In this document: positions 21,201 through 30,603 of the stretch, piece by piece
Position numbering within the stretch: the stretch's first letter is position 1
How the letters are laid out: each line of letters begins with the position of its first letter
NCBI GenBank assembly: GCA_900549285.1
Contig: URNW01000005.1
Coordinates: forward strand, 794-64,793
Direction: 5' to 3'
Length of the DNA stretch: 64,000 bases
Source of the DNA: an uncultured Mycoplasmatota bacterium
Lineage (GTDB): Bacteria; Bacillota_I; Bacilli_A; RF39; UBA660
Position numbers and translations under genes: made by a program
Notes under the pieces: model-generated
Seen by the model: the letters and a program-made list of their open reading frames with translations, nothing else
Told to the model about the DNA's origin: nothing
Database searches by the model: none

Positions 21201-21293
21201 TCTATCATTAGTATCTTTTAACTGAATTAATAGATTTCCAATTAAAGCAGGCCTTGTATCAGCTATCATTATTGCATTTTTTTTCTTTTTCAT
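18237..21293 (-). CDS. three-domain enzyme: GT8-like, GT2 and polysaccharide pyruvyl transferase-like domains
   Basis: N-terminal part has WLDTDVLICG and PDQGILN (GT8-like). The middle has VSIIIPMYKP, ARIDDDD and EDWELWLR (GT2). The C-terminal part has SNIGDAAITYGE and TDRLHGLIFS (CsaB/WcaK-type pyruvyl transferase). Confidence 0.6.
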   Translation of the reverse strand: MKKKKNAIMIADTRPALIGNLLIQLKDTNDRLFDEAIIYYYDKIDEKDKKIIEDLIPCRFIKFNYKLPDNIKALPAFEKFSPLMFSRYYMFDLLNEYETITWLDTDVLICGKLDSIIDKAKESGMSANFEDPKNKSYKTTDTVRTSFKIPISNYDMTRYNMSSGLITVADTLKDYDKMTKWCFDKTIEYAENLVLPDQGILNILIQEFNVNVTCVGENGAYCFYPSYKRDASNAKIVHAWGTRKFWKSWYLFKTYPKWYEYYKEWLKLGGSDCLGEIKPDVSIIIPMYKPKVEYFKQILDDLLIKQEQEHGFQYDNFEIILVVDGNENDELINLLKKYDDPRVNLIINEERAGIAKSLNIGIKNAKADYIARIDDDDRIAKNRLYKQVKYLNEHSDIDLVTSNFEYFGDMNEERISFEGEMAHAWSIFTCPFNHPTIMFRKKFFIENNLWYDESRSHVEDWELWLRCFDKGMKVGSIPEVLYYHRWHAGSAGQNKKTIDMMRDLVKKNFAKLDINLTEEDLKIVAPWNGKVGAEELIRLNKIFSQALKNNDKKKIYNSRCLNHVFDLRLFEAEHGYMKDIVIKKSTISSLNTNRKSLKQKILGPLYRPFKRVFYNIMAEAVNDNLSNQSNQSLQILKDKSDILINNFNNKEKLLIDDIEKNIKKNNDILIDMQNKVYLLHDQMYDFEKKYDFLRDEKLSNLYFTKKIILIGTSEHSNIGDAAITYGEYEFIRKYFKDYKLIEVSTYEFSDTLPYLENIINNDDLIFLQGGGNLGNKFKNEENVRRIIIENFPNNKIIILPQTIYFNDDKEFEISKEIYNKHHNLTIFTRGHISLEIAKKNFFNAKCYESLDLALNLNFDYGYNRNGIMCCLRDLNDESGLDKNKYEEILKIIKSVDNNYSFTNNLWTTNIKKIQRNYVVYEQLKNFARHKLVVTDRLHGLIFSLITNTPCIVISAFNHKLKEFTEMLKDNKSIIFIDKNIDKLPESIDKFLNKKNIVKNEFSTNLLITAKIILEDNNK

Positions 21294-21377
21294 AATTTAC
21301 TCCAATTTCTAATAATATTACATTATAATTATAACAACTTTAATGTTATTATGTCAAAAAAAAATGGCAATTAACCA

Positions 21378-22820
21378 TTAATTTCCCAGTTCAGTTATTA
21401 ATATAACTTTAGTTTTCAACTTTTCATTAATCTGCTTTTTTATTTTTCCAAAATGCATAATATCTGTAACCAAAACAGCATCAACTTTTGGAATACTATC
21501 ATATAAATTTAAAACTGGTATTTCATCTTTTCGCAATATTCTCTTACCTAAATACTTACATCTATGAATGATAAAAGTCTTTATATCAGAATTTGTTTCT
21601 ATGTAATTAGGTGAAATGATACATTTCACCTTGATGGATGTGTGTAACAATCCATCAATTAAACTTTCTTGATATTTGGTATTTTCATAAATTGCCACAC
21701 TTTTTATTCTCTCTTTTTTCAAAGTGTTTTCTAGTGCTTTTGAAAACTTAATATTATAATCATATTTGTTATTAAATTCTATATCACGATACCAATTTAT
21801 TATTTCTTTTCGACTGTTAGTATATTCTTTATTACTTTCGTTAAATCTTGATTCCATAAACCGCTTCATTTCTGGTTGAAGCCAGTCTTTGCCATCGACA
21901 GTTTTCCTGTTACGTAATTGGGCATATGTTGGCGCTTCGAAATTAGGAATTACTCCAAGTGTTAGTAATACATATCCTGCATAACAATGTTCCCATGGAC
22001 ATTTGTTACCAATACTACAAAAATGAATCACTTCATTAATATCTTCAAAAATATTTTGAATAATTGGCCCTCCAGCAAAGCATGGTGCAAAATTACCACT
22101 TTCTAAATAAAGTGTTGAAATCCAATCTCCAGCATAGCAAAACTCATTTCTATGTTCTCCCCAAATAGAATCTTGAAACTTAATTAAATCAGTATCAAAT
22201 TTATTCCAATTTTCCATGTGTTCTTTGTTTGACAATTTTGTCAATTTTTTAAAATTATTATTATTATCTCGTGATTCAATTATGTGAGGAATAGCACCAC
22301 AGTTATCGATACATTTTTGAGTTATTTCATCAATATACGGAATAGATTTATCATTGGCTGTTAATTCTACGGTATATGATATACCTGAATCACGTATCAT
22401 TTTTACATTTTCAAAGAATGTATCTAATAGATTTAGTCTTTTTAATTCTAAAAATTGATAGGAAAATTTAAAAAATAATCTTTTTTTCTTATCTTCATCT
22501 AACTTACAATATTCCTTTATCTTATTAGTAAGCGATCCATTAGTTACGATAGTTACATAATGTCCATTATCTAGCATTGCATTAGTCAAATCCAAAAGAT
22601 ATGGTGCTAAAAGTGTTTCGCCAACAGCACAAAGGTTCATCATACAAGGGCCACCAAGCCGCTCTTTACTCAAAGCATTTTTTATGGTTAACATATCATA
22701 TTGTAATTTAGGAATATTTTTGTCAAACGAATTAGTTTGAGCTAAATAACAATAATGACATTTAAAATTACACACTGTTATTGGAATTACGACATTGATT
22801 AATCTTTTTATTTTATCCAT
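21378..22820 (-). CDS. radical SAM enzyme with extra Cys-rich region and a C-terminal Rossmann-like extension
   Basis: CNFKCHYC (CX3CX2C) near the N-terminus. Additional Cys clusters are CYAGDW...CFAGG and CSIGNKCPWEHC. The ORF is 480 aa. Confidence 0.7.
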   Translation of the reverse strand: MDKIKRLINVVIPITVCNFKCHYCYLAQTNSFDKNIPKLQYDMLTIKNALSKERLGGPCMMNLCAVGETLLAPYLLDLTNAMLDNGHYVTIVTNGSLTNKIKEYCKLDEDKKKRLFFKFSYQFLELKRLNLLDTFFENVKMIRDSGISYTVELTANDKSIPYIDEITQKCIDNCGAIPHIIESRDNNNNFKKLTKLSNKEHMENWNKFDTDLIKFQDSIWGEHRNEFCYAGDWISTLYLESGNFAPCFAGGPIIQNIFEDINEVIHFCSIGNKCPWEHCYAGYVLLTLGVIPNFEAPTYAQLRNRKTVDGKDWLQPEMKRFMESRFNESNKEYTNSRKEIINWYRDIEFNNKYDYNIKFSKALENTLKKERIKSVAIYENTKYQESLIDGLLHTSIKVKCIISPNYIETNSDIKTFIIHRCKYLGKRILRKDEIPVLNLYDSIPKVDAVLVTDIMHFGKIKKQINEKLKTKVILITELGN

Positions 22821-22831
22821 TTTAGCCTCCT

Positions 22832-23563
22832 TTAAATAAATTTACATTTAGTTTCTTTTGCCCATTTTCCTATTAATTCAATATTTGATTTCATTTTTAA
22901 GAAATTATCATAAAACATCCACTCATGCATAAAAATATAAATTTTATGTTCATCAATTTTTTTTATTTCTTTTAAAACATCTTGACAATTATCTAACCTA
23001 ATATGAACATTGATATATTTCATTTTATCTTTTAAATATACGCCTTTTTGTTTTATTAATCTTTTTTCATGTTTTTTTAAATTGTAACAGTCAATATCTA
23101 TTTTTTCACTAGCAAATAATTTATTGATCTTTTGGCTTCTTAAAAATAATAATTGTTCATAAGTAATATTATAATTATGTAATCTTGTCAATTTAGTCAA
23201 ATTTAAACCACAAATTCTATTTATTTGAAATTTAAAATCACAAAACAAATTTTTAAACTCTGATAAATTAAGATTTGTTAAATTAGTATTTCCGTTTTTG
23301 CCATGAAAATTAATTTTTAGCCATCTTCTATTTTTTTTAAACTCCTTTTTATATTTATCTGTACAAAAATTCAAATTAAAAGATGCGTTCATATTTTCAC
23401 AAAAACAATAGAGGTGAAATACCATATTATATTTGTCATGTAATTCCTTTAGTAAACCCATTGTCTTATTTGCAAAAATACTATCATAATAATTACGATT
23501 GGCATTTAAATCTTCAAATATATTAATTGTATCATCTATTGAGATGTGAGCTTTTTTAATCAT
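22832..23563 (-). CDS. hypothetical protein (possible divergent carbohydrate esterase; very tentative)
   Basis: 243-aa ORF inside the glycan operon. The N-terminal HISIDDT is reminiscent of a NodB-type motif. There is no firm assignment. Confidence 0.35.
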   Translation of the reverse strand: MIKKAHISIDDTINIFEDLNANRNYYDSIFANKTMGLLKELHDKYNMVFHLYCFCENMNASFNLNFCTDKYKKEFKKNRRWLKINFHGKNGNTNLTNLNLSEFKNLFCDFKFQINRICGLNLTKLTRLHNYNITYEQLLFLRSQKINKLFASEKIDIDCYNLKKHEKRLIKQKGVYLKDKMKYINVHIRLDNCQDVLKEIKKIDEHKIYIFMHEWMFYDNFLKMKSNIELIGKWAKETKCKFI

Positions 23564-23572
23564 TAAATCTGC

Positions 23573-25117
23573 CTATGCTAGCAAGTAAACGTTGCAATTA
23601 AATTGAGTACTTGCCTCATTATCAAATACATATTTTTCTTCTAAAAATTTTATAAATGTTTCTTTATCAGTTAATGAGTTTATAAAATCTAAATTGTTTA
23701 CATCTCCAGCAGGTAGCATTATTATTTTGGCTGGTTTTTCCGCTTCATATAAATCATTTGCTAATTCATTTGCATCTTTGTTTTTTCTTTCTTCAGAGAA
23801 TCCACCTGCAAAATAAATGTGTTTTGATGTAGCTATTCTATTTGTTGGGTAATAAATTGTATCATCCACATTAATAATTTGTATCGTATCATTTTCTTTT
23901 GTATTATCAAGAATATATTGTTGCATAGCGCTAGCTACTGGGGTTGTAACGTTAGCTCTTTGGATAGAATCTTTTAACAAATCTATAGAAGTTGGAATTA
24001 TTAATATAAAAACTAGAATTATTGTAGTTATATTTTTAAATTCAGTATTTATTTTTAACATATTAATATTTTTGTAAACATTATCAAAAAGCCAAGATAC
24101 TATTACTACAATAATTGGGACAAATGATATAAAATAATGTGTATAAGCCCACGCAGCTCCTCCAGTAAGTGAGTTTGCATATAAATTAATTAGCATTCCT
24201 AAAAATGCTATTAACAAAATTTTAAAAGTTTCTTTTTCTATTTTAGGTTTTGTTAAAAAATATAAAAATGCTATTGCACAAATTGTAAATGCTTGCGAAA
24301 CATTTGTGAGATTAATTAAATCAAATACTTTAATTAATCTGTTGGTTAAAGTAATTTCGCCAAAACTATCCATTACTCCAAAATATACTATGTCTAAACA
24401 AGCACTAAGAGCACCGTTTTTAATTAAATATATTAGGAATGGTAATAAACATATTGCTATTCCTAACAAAATCAACCCCATTGCTCTAAATAATATTTTT
24501 ATTTTTTTATCTTTAATTAAGCAAATAGAAACTACTATAATTTGACTTATGAAAAACGCACATAAATTTGCTCGTAATAAAAATGTTGCTGAAAAACATA
24601 TACCAATTATAATAAGTTCATACCATTTTAATTTATAATCACTATATAAAAATTTAGTCACAAAATAGGTGGCTATACTTATAAAAGTTATAGCATATTC
24701 TTCCGTATAATTCCCACCATTAATAGTGTAAAATAATAAAAGCATTGAAAATATTGTTGAAAAGAAAGACACCCACTTTTTATCTTTAGTTATAATTTTA
24801 GCCGTTTTATATAAAAATATAGCTCCAATAAATAGAAAAATAAATTCAATAATAAAAATTCCAAAATCATAATTAATTGTTAATCCTAGTGCATCAATGA
24901 AATAAATTAATGGTCCCTTGTTATCAACTATTTCTGTATATAAAACTCTTCCTTTATTTAAAGCGTTACCTACAGTTGCAAATATCGCAGAATCGTATCC
25001 ATGTCCATGTCCTTGTGCTAATGGAGAAAAACACATTTCAAACGACATTATCCCGCAAAAAATAAATAATATTATAATTGGTAATTTACTTAAAAGTTTA
25101 TTGATTATCTTTTTCAT
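23573..25117 (-). CDS. GT-C-fold polytopic glycosyltransferase (ArnT/PMT-like)
   Basis: 514 aa with about 12 TM helices and a soluble C-terminal domain. It overlaps the upstream polyprenyl-phosphate GT2 gene. Confidence 0.55.
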   Translation of the reverse strand: MKKIINKLLSKLPIIILFIFCGIMSFEMCFSPLAQGHGHGYDSAIFATVGNALNKGRVLYTEIVDNKGPLIYFIDALGLTINYDFGIFIIEFIFLFIGAIFLYKTAKIITKDKKWVSFFSTIFSMLLLFYTINGGNYTEEYAITFISIATYFVTKFLYSDYKLKWYELIIIGICFSATFLLRANLCAFFISQIIVVSICLIKDKKIKILFRAMGLILLGIAICLLPFLIYLIKNGALSACLDIVYFGVMDSFGEITLTNRLIKVFDLINLTNVSQAFTICAIAFLYFLTKPKIEKETFKILLIAFLGMLINLYANSLTGGAAWAYTHYFISFVPIIVVIVSWLFDNVYKNINMLKINTEFKNITTIILVFILIIPTSIDLLKDSIQRANVTTPVASAMQQYILDNTKENDTIQIINVDDTIYYPTNRIATSKHIYFAGGFSEERKNKDANELANDLYEAEKPAKIIMLPAGDVNNLDFINSLTDKETFIKFLEEKYVFDNEASTQFNCNVYLLA

Positions 25118-25889
25118 TGGTCATCAACTTTTTCCCCTTCCTACGAAGATAAAATCCTACCCTAAGACTGTTATACATAGTTTTCAATACCTTCATTTTG
25201 CTTTCTCCTTTTTTGTTATCATATCTAAGTTCAAAACCTATTTCATTAAATTTTGCACCAGATAAATATAATTTATATAATAATTCCATCATACAAGCAA
25301 AGCTTTTTTCTTTGATTGGATCTTTTCCAAAATTATTCACTAATTTATTTATTATTTCATTAGTATAGATACGATAACCGCAAGTATAATCTTTAACATT
25401 TGGAATGTTAAGTATTATCTTATAATAAACTCCAGCCATATCGCTCATAAATAAACGATGTTTTGCAACTCCTATGACATTTGATGTGGCACAATATCTT
25501 GAAGCAATAACGCAGTCATAACCTTCTTCTATTTTATTTAACATATCAAAAATATATCTTGGATTATGAGTATTATCTCCATCCATTAAAACCATATAAT
25601 CACCCTTTTTAGATAATTTAATGAAGCTTTCGATAGCTGTATTTAATCCTCCAACTAGTCCTTTATTTTCGTTATGATCAATTAAATGAATGTTTTTGTA
25701 CTTTTTAGCCATTTCTAATATTTTATCTTTAGTCTTATCTTTACTACAGTCATTAATTCCATATACTTCAAGAATAAAGCCTTTATCTTTAAGCTTTTTT
25801 TCGTGTTTATTCCATTCTTCAATTAAATCAGTTATATTTAATTCTTCGTTATAACATGGTAAAAATACTAATATTTTTCTATTTTTCAT
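25098..25889 (-). CDS. polyprenyl-phosphate glycosyltransferase (GtrB/ArnC/Dpm1-like GT2)
   Basis: LVFLPCYNEE and MDGDNTHNP motifs, and a short soluble GT2 of 263 aa. It sits between the GtrA and GT-C genes. Confidence 0.7.
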   Translation of the reverse strand: MKNRKILVFLPCYNEELNITDLIEEWNKHEKKLKDKGFILEVYGINDCSKDKTKDKILEMAKKYKNIHLIDHNENKGLVGGLNTAIESFIKLSKKGDYMVLMDGDNTHNPRYIFDMLNKIEEGYDCVIASRYCATSNVIGVAKHRLFMSDMAGVYYKIILNIPNVKDYTCGYRIYTNEIINKLVNNFGKDPIKEKSFACMMELLYKLYLSGAKFNEIGFELRYDNKKGESKMKVLKTMYNSLRVGFYLRRKGKKLMTNEKDNQ

Positions 25890-25907
25890 TACTCTAAACT
25901 CCTAACA

Positions 25908-26261
25908 TTACTTTTCTTGACCAATCCATTTTTTTCTTATAAAATACATTACAAAAAATGGTATTACAATTGAAAATCCTTTACTTATCATAAATACAAT
26001 TAATTTATTAGAATTTTCAAAAATCATTACTCTAAATATATATACTATTAAATCTGCTAAAACAAAACCAATTAAGAAGGTAACAAAAAATTTTAGAAAT
26101 ACTTTCATATTCTTTTTATTGTATACATATTTTGATGTCATGAAATATTGTACTATAAATCCTGTTATTATGCCAATAGAGTTAGCATAAATAACTGGAA
26201 CCCAAATTTCTGTAAGCCAAGATACAAATATATCTATTACAGTTACAAATACACTAATCAT
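25908..26261 (-). CDS. GtrA-family membrane protein
   Basis: 117 aa, 4 TM segments, contains KYVYNKK. Confidence 0.7.
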   Translation of the reverse strand: MISVFVTVIDIFVSWLTEIWVPVIYANSIGIITGFIVQYFMTSKYVYNKKNMKVFLKFFVTFLIGFVLADLIVYIFRVMIFENSNKLIVFMISKGFSIVIPFFVMYFIRKKWIGQEK

Positions 26262-26293
26262 AAAATACTTAACAAAAGATTTGTGTTCATTTA

Positions 26294-27421
26294 TTATTTT
26301 TCCTCACTTTTACTATTAAACTTTGCTATTATTGCATCAACTATACGTTTGCTAGCATGACCATCACCATAAGGATTTGATGCATGACTCATTTTTTCAT
26401 ATTCTTTACTATCAGTCAGTAATTTTTTGGTTTCATTATAAATTTTTTCTTCATCTGTTCCAACTAATTTTAAGGTTCCTGCTTCAATTCCTTCTGTTCT
26501 TTCAGTGGTTTCTCTAAGTACCAATACTGGCTTTCCTAAAGCCGGTGCTTCTTCTTGAATTCCTCCACTATCAGTAAGAATTATGTATGATTTATTTTGA
26601 AAATTATGAAAATCAAATACTTCAAGTGGTTCAATTAGTTTTACTTTATTGCAACCTTCGAATATTTTATTTGCTATTTCTCTAATCTGGGGATTCATGT
26701 GTATTGGGTAAATTACTTTAACATCACTAAATTCATCAACAATTTTTTTTATGGCTTTAAAAATATGTTGCATTGGATTTCCCAAGTTTTCTCTTCTGTG
26801 AACAGTAAGTAAAATCATTTTTTCTCCTGGTTTAAACCATTCAAATTCTGGATGTATATAATTATTATCAACCGTTGTACTCATTGCATCAATAACAGTA
26901 TTGCCAGTAACATATATCTTACTTTCTTCTTTACTTTCTTTAAGTAGATTTTCTTTGCTCAAATTCGTTGGAGCAAAGTACATATCAGTCATACAATCTA
27001 CCATTTGACGATTCATTTCTTCAGGAAATGGTGAATATTTATTATTTGTTCTAAGACCTGCTTCAACATGTCCAATTGCAACCTGATTATAAAATGCTGC
27101 AAGCGCTCCTGCAAATGTAGTTGTTGTATCCCCATGAACTAAAACTATATCTGGTTTAACTTCTTTAATTACTCCTTCAAGGCCATTTAAAGCTCTGATA
27201 GTTACATCACTAAGAGTTTGACTTTGTTTCATAATATTTAAATCATAATCCGGTGTTATTTTAAAAGTTTTCAATACTTGATCTAACATTTCTCTATGTT
27301 GGGCTGTAACACAAACAATACTTTCTATTTCACTTCTACTTTCAAGTTCTTTTACAAGTGGAGCCATTTTTATTGCTTCAGGTCTTGTGCCGAAAATACT
27401 CATTACTTTAATCTTTTTCAT
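26294..27421 (-). CDS. mnaA: UDP-N-acetylglucosamine 2-epimerase (non-hydrolysing)
   Basis: FGTRPEAIKMAPL, HVEAGLRT and DSGGIQEEAP motifs. Confidence 0.9.
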   Translation of the reverse strand: MKKIKVMSIFGTRPEAIKMAPLVKELESRSEIESIVCVTAQHREMLDQVLKTFKITPDYDLNIMKQSQTLSDVTIRALNGLEGVIKEVKPDIVLVHGDTTTTFAGALAAFYNQVAIGHVEAGLRTNNKYSPFPEEMNRQMVDCMTDMYFAPTNLSKENLLKESKEESKIYVTGNTVIDAMSTTVDNNYIHPEFEWFKPGEKMILLTVHRRENLGNPMQHIFKAIKKIVDEFSDVKVIYPIHMNPQIREIANKIFEGCNKVKLIEPLEVFDFHNFQNKSYIILTDSGGIQEEAPALGKPVLVLRETTERTEGIEAGTLKLVGTDEEKIYNETKKLLTDSKEYEKMSHASNPYGDGHASKRIVDAIIAKFNSKSEEK

Positions 27422-27432
27422 TTTTTCTCCTT

Positions 27433-28488
27433 TTATTCAACAAAATATTTAATTATTGGAATTTTTTTCAATATTAAAATTACTAAATAACTTACTATAA
27501 AATATAGAAAAGCACCTAAAATCATAAATAATATATTTCCTTCATTTGAAGTAAAGCCTATTGATCCAATATATAAATTTCCAATAATATAAAGTATTAG
27601 CATGTGTAAGAAATAAATTCCCCCAGAATTTTGACCTATACTTGTTATTATTTTCTTTAAAAAATTCGGCATATTTTTCAATCTATCTTCTAAGAAAACA
27701 AATATTGTATAAAACGAAACACAATATAATGCGACTGGAAATCTACTATAATCATAAAATGGCTTATCAGCTATTCCAAATCTATATATGTTATATTTAG
27801 CATAAATTAAAATTAGTATAATACCAATAATAGTTAAAACTATTGGAGTTATTAACTTTAATTTTTCTTTTAATATTTTTCTATTATCAAAAATATATTT
27901 TCCTAAGATAAAGTATCCAAATTCAGAAAATCCTACTGCAAATAAAGGCATGGATATAAATGAAAAGAATTGAGAAAAAGTTTTAACTATAAGTGGTATT
28001 ACAAACGTAATAATTAGCAAATAATTAAGTTGCTTTTTCGATATTGAATAATACAATTTGCTAACTATAGGGCTCAACAAATACAATGCTATTAATGGAT
28101 ACATAAACCAAAGATGACTTACTTGCACATTAAAAAACATCGCTTTTAAAGAATAATTTAAATCTATATTCCAATCTAAAACATATTTACAAAATAATAA
28201 ATAACAGATTGTCCAAAATAATAATTGCACAATTCTCTTTACTACTCTTTTAAAATGATTCCTATCCAAATCACTATCTTTTCTTATTAAGAAACAACCT
28301 GAAATCATAAAAAATAAAGCTACTGCTATAGAAAAAATTGAATTTAAAATTAGTACTAAATTAAAACTTAACACATCTGTTCCTAATACCACATCATACA
28401 TATAACTGCTTGTAGTATGAATCATTATTACAAAAATTATTGCTATTGTTCTTATTACATCTGCAAAAATAAATCTTTCTTTTTTCAT
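27433..28488 (-). CDS. acyltransferase-3 family membrane O-acyltransferase
   Basis: 351 aa with 10 TM helices and an N-terminal DVIRTIAIIFVIMIH motif. Confidence 0.7.
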   Translation of the reverse strand: MKKERFIFADVIRTIAIIFVIMIHTTSSYMYDVVLGTDVLSFNLVLILNSIFSIAVALFFMISGCFLIRKDSDLDRNHFKRVVKRIVQLLFWTICYLLFCKYVLDWNIDLNYSLKAMFFNVQVSHLWFMYPLIALYLLSPIVSKLYYSISKKQLNYLLIITFVIPLIVKTFSQFFSFISMPLFAVGFSEFGYFILGKYIFDNRKILKEKLKLITPIVLTIIGIILILIYAKYNIYRFGIADKPFYDYSRFPVALYCVSFYTIFVFLEDRLKNMPNFLKKIITSIGQNSGGIYFLHMLILYIIGNLYIGSIGFTSNEGNILFMILGAFLYFIVSYLVILILKKIPIIKYFVE

Positions 28489-28521
28489 TCTTTAACCTTT
28501 CCGTAAAATTTTTTAAGTATT

Positions 28522-29130
28522 TTAGTGCTTAACATTAATATTATTACCAGTTATTTCTCCTTTAGTTAGGTAATTATAAAATATTTTCATCATCATGTGA
28601 TCAAACGTCATATGTAAGTCTTCTGCTATTTGCATATCATTTTCATCAACATGCATTTTATAATCAGACATTTCTTTTAGCTTTCCACCAGAATATCCAG
28701 TTATTCCAATTACTTTAGCTCCACATTCTTTAGCATATTCGGCAGCATTTAAAACATTTTTAGAGTTGCCACTGCCTGAAATACCTATAAATAAGTCTTT
28801 GTCAGTTATTTTATTTAATAATGGAAATCTAAATATTTCTTCATAGCCAATATCATTAGCAACAGCCATCATAGTTGATACATTATCATTTAAACAATAG
28901 AAGTTAAATTTTTTGTCAACATATTCACTAATTCCTTTATTAAAATCATTTTGCATGTGAGAAGCAGTTGATGCGCTCCCACCATTACCACAAACGTAAA
29001 TAGTTCCACCATTATTGTAAGTATTTAATATAACATTCATTGCTTCATTAATTTCATCTAAATTAAATTTTTTAATACATTCAATTTCTCTTTCATAATA
29101 TTCTTTAATTGCGTTTTTAAAATCTATCAT
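28522..29130 (-). CDS. gmhA: sedoheptulose-7-phosphate isomerase (SIS domain)
   Basis: GNGGSASTASH and SGSGNS motifs; 202 aa. Confidence 0.8.
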   Translation of the reverse strand: MIDFKNAIKEYYEREIECIKKFNLDEINEAMNVILNTYNNGGTIYVCGNGGSASTASHMQNDFNKGISEYVDKKFNFYCLNDNVSTMMAVANDIGYEEIFRFPLLNKITDKDLFIGISGSGNSKNVLNAAEYAKECGAKVIGITGYSGGKLKEMSDYKMHVDENDMQIAEDLHMTFDHMMMKIFYNYLTKGEITGNNINVKH

Positions 29131-29132
29131 AT

Positions 29133-30458
29133 TTATCTCCTTCTTTCTATTTCTTTTGATTTTATAATCATTTTTACCGCTGATAATAAATCTTCGACAA
29201 CTTCATCTGGTTTAACACTATATCTATTATCTAGTCCAGCTTGGCCAGTTTTAACTAAAATACTTTTCATATGAGCATTTTCAGCCATTTTAATATCAAG
29301 AGTTGAATCTCCTATAACTATCGATTGATTTAAATCAATATTGTAATCTTTACTTGCTTTTAAAAGCATACCTATTTTAGGTTTACGGCAATCACAATCA
29401 AATTTTAATTCTGCTACTTCTCCTGGAAATCCTTTATCTTTATGGTGGGGGCAAAAATATAATCCATCAATATATGCTCCATCCCTACCAAGTAATGTTT
29501 CCATTCTCTTGTGAATATCTTCTAACTCTGAGAATGTACACTCACCTCGAGCAATTACTGGTTGATTAGTTATAACTATACATAAGTATTCTGATGAATT
29601 AATCATTTTAATTGCCTCACTAACACCATCAATTAACTCAAATTTTTCCTTATTTGCTAAAAATGGAATATGCACATTAATTGTGCCATCTCTATCTAAA
29701 AATATAGCTTTTTGTTTATGACTTAAATTACGATGTTCACATAAACCATTGATATAATCTTCATTTACACTATAGTATCTTTCTGGAGTTCCCATATCTT
29801 TAACATATTCTGTTGAATGATAAGAACATACTTTATCTCCAAAAGTAATCATTTTAGTTATAACATCCTTTTCTAAACCACATTTTTTAGGTTCTGATAT
29901 ATAATCAAATACTCTAGGAGAAAACATATAAATTCCTGAATTAACTAAATTTTTATAGTCATAATTACGATTATTCTCTTTAGAATCAAAGCCAATTACT
30001 TTTCCAACATCATCTACTACTACTAAATCACTATCAAATGGATGAGAATTAGGATGTGTAAGTAACGTAGCATCCGCAAAGTGATTACGATGATATTCAG
30101 CCATTTTGTTAAAATCAACATTTAAAAATACATCACCAAATATTAAAATAAAATCTTCATCAATCATACTTTTTAAATAATATAGCGAACCCGCAGTACC
30201 TAATGGTTTATTAGGATTCTCTTCATAGTAACTTATTTTTATTCCAAATTTATTACCATCTTTAAAGTAATCTTTTATTTTATCTCCAAGATGCCCTATA
30301 ACAATTATGATTTCTTTAATATCTGATTTTTTTAAACACTCAATTTGGTGTTCCAATATTGTTTTCCCGCCGATGGCTAACATTGGTTTAGGAATTTCAT
30401 CATTAGTAATTGAAGCAATTCTCGTTCCCTTGCCACCAGCCATAATTACTGCTTTCAT
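29133..30458 (-). CDS. bifunctional D-glycero-D-manno-heptose 1-phosphate guanylyltransferase (HddC-like) / heptose 1,7-bisphosphate phosphatase (GmhB-like)
   Basis: N-terminal MAGGKGTR sugar nucleotidyltransferase fold. C-terminal HAD phosphatase with FLDRDGTIN, a CxHH..C zinc site (CPHHKD...CDCRKP) and GDS. Confidence 0.75.
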   Translation of the reverse strand: MKAVIMAGGKGTRIASITNDEIPKPMLAIGGKTILEHQIECLKKSDIKEIIIVIGHLGDKIKDYFKDGNKFGIKISYYEENPNKPLGTAGSLYYLKSMIDEDFILIFGDVFLNVDFNKMAEYHRNHFADATLLTHPNSHPFDSDLVVVDDVGKVIGFDSKENNRNYDYKNLVNSGIYMFSPRVFDYISEPKKCGLEKDVITKMITFGDKVCSYHSTEYVKDMGTPERYYSVNEDYINGLCEHRNLSHKQKAIFLDRDGTINVHIPFLANKEKFELIDGVSEAIKMINSSEYLCIVITNQPVIARGECTFSELEDIHKRMETLLGRDGAYIDGLYFCPHHKDKGFPGEVAELKFDCDCRKPKIGMLLKASKDYNIDLNQSIVIGDSTLDIKMAENAHMKSILVKTGQAGLDNRYSVKPDEVVEDLLSAVKMIIKSKEIERRR

Positions 30459-30603
30459 ATTCCTCCTTTATATAAGTATAACATTTTTCTAGGTAATTTG
30501 CTATTTTTTTCAGTATTTTTCTTAATTTGCTTAATTATTGTAATTTTAAAAAAAAATCAAGATTTGAATAAAACTTATTAAAGCTTATATCTTGAGTTTT
30601 TTA

